Of a stretch of DNA of 64,000 nt, positions 57,869 through 64,000 are shown piece after piece. The position numbers and the translations under genes were made by a program. Position 1 is the stretch's first letter; the number at the start of each line of letters is the position of its first letter. Below the pieces are notes generated by a model, which worked only from the letters and a program-made list of their open reading frames with translations, was not told the origin of the DNA and did not search any database. The stretch comes from Bacilli bacterium (lineage in GTDB: Bacteria; Bacillota_I; Bacilli_A; ML615J-28; CAG-698). The DNA lies in contig JBMNLZ010000003.1 in NCBI GenBank assembly GCA_050953065.1, positions 416,001-480,000 of the forward strand, given 5' to 3'.

Positions 57869-58846
57869 TTATAACATCTTTTTTCTTAATTCCTCATTTG
57901 ATAAATTTGAAAGTTTTGATAAAGGAATATCAAAAACAGTGATAGCACCAGTTACTCCTTCTTGATGCATTCTATGTAATGCTTGAGCATACGCTACCAT
58001 AATACTTCCTGTAAATTCAGGATTACTGTCAAGTGTTAAACTTAATTCTAATAAATGATTATTTTCATCTGTTGTTTTAGCACTTCTAATAACACACCCT
58101 GCATGAGGTAGCTTATTGTGATTTAAGTTTAATTCTTCTTGCGAAATAAAATGAACTATTACATCATAACCTAAAAAGTAATTAGGCATAGTTTTAATTT
58201 CTTCTTCTACTCTTTTTCTTTCTTCTTTTGTATCGTTTTCTAAAACAACAAAGCATTCTCTTAAATGCATTTCTTGAGATGTTAATTCTTTAGCACTACC
58301 TTCTTTTATACTTCTAAGAACATCAAGTTTTGGTATAGTATATTGTCTTGCATCTAATACCCCAGCAATTTTTCTTATTGCATCAGAATGCCCTTGAGAA
58401 ATTCCTTTTCCCCAGAAAGTATAATTTTTTCCCCTTGGTAAAATACTTTCAAATAAAACTCTGGCCATTGATAAAATTCCAGGATCCCAACCAACAGAAA
58501 TAAGTCCTAAAGTCTTAGCTTCTTTTCCAATTTTATCAAGTTTATTAAAATATTCAGGAATTAAAGCATGTGTATCAAAAGAATCTATGGTATTAAAATC
58601 TTTTAATAACTCTGGTGAAAGAAGAGGTAAATCTTTTTTAGACCCCCCACAAAGAATCAAAACATCGATTTTTTCTTTATATTCTTTAACCTTTGATGCT
58701 TGAATAGTTATGCTATTAAGTGTTCTAATATTTTCTCTTCTAGAAAAGATTCCAACAAGTTCTAAATCACTATTATTTAAAATTGCTAATTCAACACCTT
58801 TTCCAATATTTCCATATCCATATATTCCAATTCTAATTTTAGTCAT
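57869..58846 (-). CDS. ddh: meso-diaminopimelate D-dehydrogenase
   Basis: GYGNIG, LCGGS, DSFDTH, GWDPG, TFWG.G.SQGHSDA, NPEFT. Confidence 0.93.
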   Translation of the reverse strand: MTKIRIGIYGYGNIGKGVELAILNNSDLELVGIFSRRENIRTLNSITIQASKVKEYKEKIDVLILCGGSKKDLPLLSPELLKDFNTIDSFDTHALIPEYFNKLDKIGKEAKTLGLISVGWDPGILSMARVLFESILPRGKNYTFWGKGISQGHSDAIRKIAGVLDARQYTIPKLDVLRSIKEGSAKELTSQEMHLRECFVVLENDTKEERKRVEEEIKTMPNYFLGYDVIVHFISQEELNLNHNKLPHAGCVIRSAKTTDENNHLLELSLTLDSNPEFTGSIMVAYAQALHRMHQEGVTGAITVFDIPLSKLSNLSNEELRKKML

Positions 58847-58858
58847 CGTAATTTTCCT

Positions 58859-59644
58859 TTAAATATGTAATTCTTTTCTTTGAAGCCAGAATGATTCATT
58901 TGGTTTTAAAATTAAAATGTCAATTGGTCCACCTACTGTTTTATAAGTTTGAAAAAACTTCATTGTATCAACCGTTGTTTTAATCGCAAAAGTTGCGAAA
59001 TCAACACCATCTTGAAGCGACATAAAATCCCAAGGAACATTTAACTCAGGCATTACAGTAATATCTTCTTGACTAATTAAAATTCCATTATCAATTTTCT
59101 TTTCAACATTATCTTTATTTAAAGTAATATTATTTAAAGCTAATACTTTTTCAGGAGAAGCAATATAAGCATGCTTGATTAATCTAGTTAAGACTTGGAT
59201 TTCTCCATCCCAAGTAGCTCCACATGTATCAGATGAAGGAAGTGGAACAATATTTTTAGTTAATAAATGAACTTTATAAACTTTTCTTTTATTATCCTTA
59301 TATCCTGCTACATGGAAAAAGACATTCATTTTAACTTTAGCTTTTGTTAGAAAATCAACTAATAATAAAGGTACTTCATCAATTGTTGTTTCTTTTGTTA
59401 ATACTCTTCTATCAAATTCGTTGATATAATAACTAATCATTTTTTTATCATAAACTACATCACCACAAGCACTAATCCCAATCCTATTCTTACATAAAAA
59501 AGTTTTATAAGAAGTATCAAGATAATGAATCCCAGGGTTTGTTACTGTTTGACCTTCTTTTTGAGTTGTAACAGCATAAGTCATTCTAGAATCACTTGCC
59601 ATTACAATCCCTTCATTTGTATAAACTGTAATAATTAAAGACAT
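58859..59644 (-). CDS. Proteasome beta-subunit-like NTN hydrolase
   Basis: (M)SLIITVYTNEGIVMASDSR, YKTF, GISACG, FHVAGY, TVGGPIDILIL; start moved to ATG 59644. Confidence 0.7.
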   Translation of the reverse strand: MSLIITVYTNEGIVMASDSRMTYAVTTQKEGQTVTNPGIHYLDTSYKTFLCKNRIGISACGDVVYDKKMISYYINEFDRRVLTKETTIDEVPLLLVDFLTKAKVKMNVFFHVAGYKDNKRKVYKVHLLTKNIVPLPSSDTCGATWDGEIQVLTRLIKHAYIASPEKVLALNNITLNKDNVEKKIDNGILISQEDITVMPELNVPWDFMSLQDGVDFATFAIKTTVDTMKFFQTYKTVGGPIDILILKPNESFWLQRKELHI

Positions 59645-59645
59645 C

Positions 59646-60140
59646 TTAAACACCATCCTTTTTCTTATTTTTCTTATTAAATAATTTATCCACTAAAATT
59701 CCATAAACAAAGCCTACAGGAAGACTAACTACTACTCCTAGTAATAAAACATTTAGACTATAAAAGTCGATTACAAGTGAAAATAGAGTCCCTAAAATTG
59801 AATATACAACTACTAAAACAAAATAGATAACACTTCTTCTAAAGTTATACTTTAAAAGGCTTTTTTTAAAAATTCTTTTTATAATAAACGTAGTTAAAGC
59901 TAATATACCAATTACTAATTCAATATACCAATACTTAATAAAGAATGATAATACTACCTGAAAAACTAATAAGATATTAGTTTTATCTAATAGATAAAAC
60001 CTTTTAAAGATCTCTAAATACCCTATAAAACTATATTTTTTTTCCTCATAAAAGTTTGCAATTTCATTTAAGATATTTATGATTAATATAATAAATACAA
60101 TAAAGGTAAAGTAATGACTAATTATTTTTATAGTTTCCAT
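59646..60140 (-). CDS. Hypothetical membrane protein
   Basis: About 5 hydrophobic segments; tightly coupled in the operon. Confidence 0.6.
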   Translation of the reverse strand: METIKIISHYFTFIVFIILIINILNEIANFYEEKKYSFIGYLEIFKRFYLLDKTNILLVFQVVLSFFIKYWYIELVIGILALTTFIIKRIFKKSLLKYNFRRSVIYFVLVVVYSILGTLFSLVIDFYSLNVLLLGVVVSLPVGFVYGILVDKLFNKKNKKKDGV

Positions 60141-60142
60141 AA

Positions 60143-62347
60143 TTACTCTATCTCTTCTTCTTGATTATTTAAAAGATTTATATTATCAAGCCAATTATAA
60201 TAAATTGTATTTTCAAATAAACTATCATCATAGATTAACCTTGATTTATTAATCGCTAGATAATTAACCTTTTGATAAACAGGTAGTTCAGTAGATGCAT
60301 TGATTAATTCTTCTTTTAAAGTTAAAAAGATTTCTTTTATTTCATTAGACTCTAATTCTAAAACTAAAGAGTCTAACAATTGATCTATTTCTAAATCATT
60401 TATTTTAAAATAATTAGATTGATTAGCCTCAGTTCCAATTGATGTTGAATGGTATTTATTATTAATATTAATTGTATTAACATTAGAGATAAACTCGATA
60501 AAAAAATCTGCTTTATTATCTTTAATATCTCTTATGTATTCTGCTTCTGTTTTACTATAAACAAGTTCTACTAAAATGCCTTTTGTTTCTAAAACAGCTT
60601 TCACTTCGGCTGCAAGTCTACTTAGTAGTGGAGTTGCAGAAGTAGAAATATATAATTTGTAATTTAAACTATTACCTTCACTTGCTAAAGTGAATTTTTT
60701 TATATCAGTATCATATACGAAGCCTTCATTAATTAAAATTTCAATAAAAGATTCTAAAGCAATATTTTGTTTATTAATATTTAAAGTATTAGCATTATAT
60801 AATTCTATACTATCTTTAAAATTATAAATATAACCATTAGGATTATTAAAAGCAATTGTTCTACTATCATAGAAATTATTGAGTAATTCTGCTTGATCAC
60901 TTAAAGTATTAACAATAGCTTTAAAACGATAACTCGCAAAAAGTATTAAAAAAGCATATCTAACATTTTTAGATGTTATTTTTTCTTGGTTTAAACCTAA
61001 GTAACCATAGCCTTCAAAGAAATTCTTTTTTAAAGAAATAGATTCTTTATCTTTAAAAACAGTAATCTCACTAGCCAAAAGTGGACTTGAAATCATATCA
61101 ATCGTACTACTTTCTAAAGCATTTTTAATTTCGGCTTTAGCTAATTTTCTAAATTGAACAAATTCTAATTTAGCTTCCCCTAAATAATAATTTGGACTAG
61201 CTTCAAAAAAAATCGTTTGGTTTTCTTCCTTAACAAACTTATATGCTCCAAGACCATAATTAACACCTTTTTCTCTAATAGCATCTAAGTTTTCTTTTTC
61301 AACTCCAAAATTATTTAAACTATAATTATATTCTGTTACCTCAAATGCTTTCCTTGGTACAAGAAAAATATTTCTAAATTTATATATATCTAAAGAATTA
61401 AATTGTTTAACATCTATTGTTAGAGTTAAATCATCAACTCTTGAAATACCACTAATATTTTCTACTGTTTCAGATGAGTTTTTTCTAGCAAGAACTAATC
61501 TAATTACATCTTTAATTTCTTTATAAAAATAATTTTGACTTCCATAGAAAATATGACCTAGCATTTTATAATTATATTCATATTGCTCTGCTAAATCATT
61601 TAAAACTTCAGTTTCAGTTTTATCCGTTGAATCATATGAAATATCACGTCTATATAGACTTGCGAAAGCATCTTTTGGATTTTCATAGACACTTTGATAA
61701 AGTGAACCTCTTAAGTATTCATCTTTCATTTCTTCTAATTTTAAAAACAATTTTTGATAAATAAAATCTTTTATTGCATCAAGTGCTTCACTTGATGGAG
61801 TGCTTAATTCTATTTCAACCTCACTATCTGTAATACTTTCAAATAAAGGATTGTTTAATTGGTAATTTTTTAATCCTTTAATCTCTAAACTATTGATTAA
61901 AACTTTTCCATCATATGTTTTATCTAATAAAACATATAAAGAAAAAATCAAATCATCAATTGAGGCAACATCTCCATTTGAAAAGATTAAACCTTCTTTT
62001 AAAACAATTGTATATCTTGCTTCATTTGCTTCATTTACAGAAACTGTAATATCAGAAATCCCTTGATACGTATAATCTAGATCTTTATATTTTTCAGTGT
62101 ATAGATTACTTCCAACTAAAACTCCACATCTAGAAAAAAGAAAAGCAGGAGAATGAATCATTTTTACAACATCTATACTTACATCATCAAAAAAGAAAGG
62201 ATTGTAATTACTACTTAAATTATCATAGCCTACTACAAAAGGAGTTGAAGCATCTATTTTATCTGGGTTTTTCTTTTTCTTACCACAGCCTGTAAATATG
62301 GCTAATAAAATGATTAAAAGAAAAATTAAACTTCTTTTTAAATTCAT
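60143..62347 (-). CDS. ABC transporter family-5 (OppA-like) substrate-binding lipoprotein
   Basis: Lipobox FTGC, YNPFF, FSNGD.ASIDD, YDG, ISGI..VDD.T, GAYKF, NYYLG, GYGYLGLN. Confidence 0.78.
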   Translation of the reverse strand: MNLKRSLIFLLIILLAIFTGCGKKKKNPDKIDASTPFVVGYDNLSSNYNPFFFDDVSIDVVKMIHSPAFLFSRCGVLVGSNLYTEKYKDLDYTYQGISDITVSVNEANEARYTIVLKEGLIFSNGDVASIDDLIFSLYVLLDKTYDGKVLINSLEIKGLKNYQLNNPLFESITDSEVEIELSTPSSEALDAIKDFIYQKLFLKLEEMKDEYLRGSLYQSVYENPKDAFASLYRRDISYDSTDKTETEVLNDLAEQYEYNYKMLGHIFYGSQNYFYKEIKDVIRLVLARKNSSETVENISGISRVDDLTLTIDVKQFNSLDIYKFRNIFLVPRKAFEVTEYNYSLNNFGVEKENLDAIREKGVNYGLGAYKFVKEENQTIFFEASPNYYLGEAKLEFVQFRKLAKAEIKNALESSTIDMISSPLLASEITVFKDKESISLKKNFFEGYGYLGLNQEKITSKNVRYAFLILFASYRFKAIVNTLSDQAELLNNFYDSRTIAFNNPNGYIYNFKDSIELYNANTLNINKQNIALESFIEILINEGFVYDTDIKKFTLASEGNSLNYKLYISTSATPLLSRLAAEVKAVLETKGILVELVYSKTEAEYIRDIKDNKADFFIEFISNVNTININNKYHSTSIGTEANQSNYFKINDLEIDQLLDSLVLELESNEIKEIFLTLKEELINASTELPVYQKVNYLAINKSRLIYDDSLFENTIYYNWLDNINLLNNQEEEIE

Positions 62348-62381
62348 TTTTTCTATTCTCCTTTCTTTTTTAAAATTTTTT

Positions 62382-63122
62382 TTAAATAACTACTTCTTTT
62401 TCTTTTTTTAAATCTAAAACTATTAAAGCTATTCCAAAACCAATCAAAACTAAACTTAAGGCTTGAGATGGTGAGATAAAAATAAAACTTCCTCTATCAT
62501 CTCCTCTTAAAAATTCAATTAAAAATCTAAAAATTCCATAACTTATAGCATAAATTATAAACTCTTTTTTCTTAACCAAATATTTTAAAACTATAAATAA
62601 ACTAACCAAAAATAAGCTTTCAAAAAGCTGAGTTGGTAAAACTTTAACTCCTTCTTCTAAATATGGAAAGTGAACTCCTAAAAAACTATTAGTTTCAATT
62701 CCATAACAACATCCTGCCATAAAGCAACCAAGTCTACCTATAGCATGAGCAATTAAGATGGGAGGTGTAAAAAGATTAAGGAGATTTAAAATATTTCCTT
62801 TTTCTTCTTTTAAGATGAATTTTGAAAGGATTAAAAAACTAATTATTCCAAAAAATAACCCTCCAAAAAAAGTTAACCCATATAGTTTAAAAATACCCGT
62901 TTCAATAAAATGAAACAATGCATCAAACAAAATCGCCCCAAGATAAGCAAAGACTAAAGATATTGCTATGACTATTAAAATCTTATTAACTCTTTTTTTA
63001 TCATATTTATGCTTTACTTCTAAAGCATAAATAATCATCCAAATCATTACTAAAATACCAATACTTAATAAAATATCATAAGTACTAATACTATATCCTA
63101 AAAGATCAATCTGTGGCTTCAC
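62382..63122 (-). CDS. lgt: Prolipoprotein diacylglyceryl transferase family protein
   Basis: TFFGG, HAIGRLGCFMAGCCYG, PTQLFE, RFLIEFLRGD, SQ; GTG start after GAGGTG. Confidence 0.8.
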   Translation of the reverse strand: MKPQIDLLGYSISTYDILLSIGILVMIWMIIYALEVKHKYDKKRVNKILIVIAISLVFAYLGAILFDALFHFIETGIFKLYGLTFFGGLFFGIISFLILSKFILKEEKGNILNLLNLFTPPILIAHAIGRLGCFMAGCCYGIETNSFLGVHFPYLEEGVKVLPTQLFESLFLVSLFIVLKYLVKKKEFIIYAISYGIFRFLIEFLRGDDRGSFIFISPSQALSLVLIGFGIALIVLDLKKEKEVVI

Positions 63123-64000
63123 TAAACACCTCTTTAAAGATATTATATTTAAGCAATTTATCATTAAAATCTTTATAACTAAAATAACGATTTAATGCAT
63201 CATTTAATATTTTATTACTTTTTTTATCTTCATCAAAGAAATAAACTTCTTTTGAAACACTTGATAAAACAAAGTCTTCCGTAAAGATATCACCATTTCT
63301 TGGGTTATAACAAAAGCCATCTATACTAGATAAAATACTCAATCCAAAGCGATAGGTTCTATTTAAATTAAAGCAATCATGAATAGTCCTACAAATATCT
63401 GCCTCACTTCTTACTTTAGTAATAAAGTAAGTTTCATCTACACCACTTTTATCATAAATAATAAATGGTACTTGCTGGTTAGTTAAACGATATAATAACT
63501 TCTTTTCATATTCTTCTAAACCTGGAGTTAAAAATTTAATTGGATTTAATTCATTAGTAAAAGTATTTCTATTAGTAAAGAAATCATCATAACTCATACT
63601 AGCACTATGATCTCCATAAAGCATTACAATCGTATCATCAGCCAAACCTACTTCTTCTAAATAATCTAGTGCACTACCAATACAATAATCCAAATAAACA
63701 ATATGCCTTAAATAATTTATCAGTAAACCTTGCATTAAAACTTTTCCTTCAAACCCTAACATTTCTTCTAATGTAGGCATATTAGGATCATTTGAAAAAG
63801 GAGTATGACAAGAAACAGTAATAGGAAATGCGAAAGTCTTTTTTCCTTCTAAAGATTTTTCCTTCATAATATCAATTGTATCTTTAAGTAAATCTTCATC
63901 ATTTATCCAACTATGAATTAAATCATACTTTGAAGTATCAAAATCTTCTAACCCGATATGTTTATCAAAACCATAGATTGCTTCATGGATTGTACCTCTA
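63106..64000 (-). CDS. LTA synthase/sulfatase family protein, C-terminal part (5' end outside the window)
   Basis: Frame stays open to the window edge (RGTIH..IYGFD, W.ND); ITVSCHTPF, Y...I.YLD..IG, MLYGDH, VPFIIY, D..RTI. Confidence 0.8.
   Translation of the reverse strand, partial: RGTIHEAIYGFDKHIGLEDFDTSKYDLIHSWINDEDLLKDTIDIMKEKSLEGKKTFAFPITVSCHTPFSNDPNMPTLEEMLGFEGKVLMQGLLINYLRHIVYLDYCIGSALDYLEEVGLADDTIVMLYGDHSASMSYDDFFTNRNTFTNELNPIKFLTPGLEEYEKKLLYRLTNQQVPFIIYDKSGVDETYFITKVRSEADICRTIHDCFNLNRTYRFGLSILSSIDGFCYNPRNGDIFTEDFVLSSVSKEVYFFDEDKKSNKILNDALNRYFSYKDFNDKLLKYNIFKEVFSEATD

Overview
AT-rich chromosomal window read in genetic code 11 (TGG=Trp, TGA=stop). Gene content (many lipoproteins with Big_2, InlB-B and BspA-LRR repeats, three YcxB paralogues, TRTG-extended -10 promoters) suggests an Acholeplasmatales-like member of the Bacilli; this assignment is an inference. 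Housekeeping genes are dusB, tadA, tdk, rpmE, glyA, pyrE, nrdG/nrdD, lysS, hslO, maf, tilS-hpt-ftsH-yabO, ddh and an lgt-like gene, plus SRP RNA and three tRNAs (Tyr-GUA, Gln-UUG, Gln-CUG). No CRISPR array, transposase, integrase or reverse transcriptase is visible. Highlights: (1) an ORF missing from the supplied track (<1..2046, minus strand) in which LysA reads through in frame into an M19 dipeptidase; (2) an McrB-type GTPase fused to about 12 predicted transmembrane helices and paired with a DUF2357/McrC-like Zn-ribbon protein; (3) a convergent, catalytically degenerate CD-NTase-like protein fused to an RNase H-like domain; (4) a Ser1 proteasome-beta-like NTN hydrolase; (5) surface enzymes (amidase, phosphoesterase) and cytoplasmic hydrolases that together suggest scavenging of foreign cell walls; (6) candidate cis-regulatory RNA switches upstream of two lipoprotein genes. 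Domain calls come from motif recognition by eye, not from database searches.
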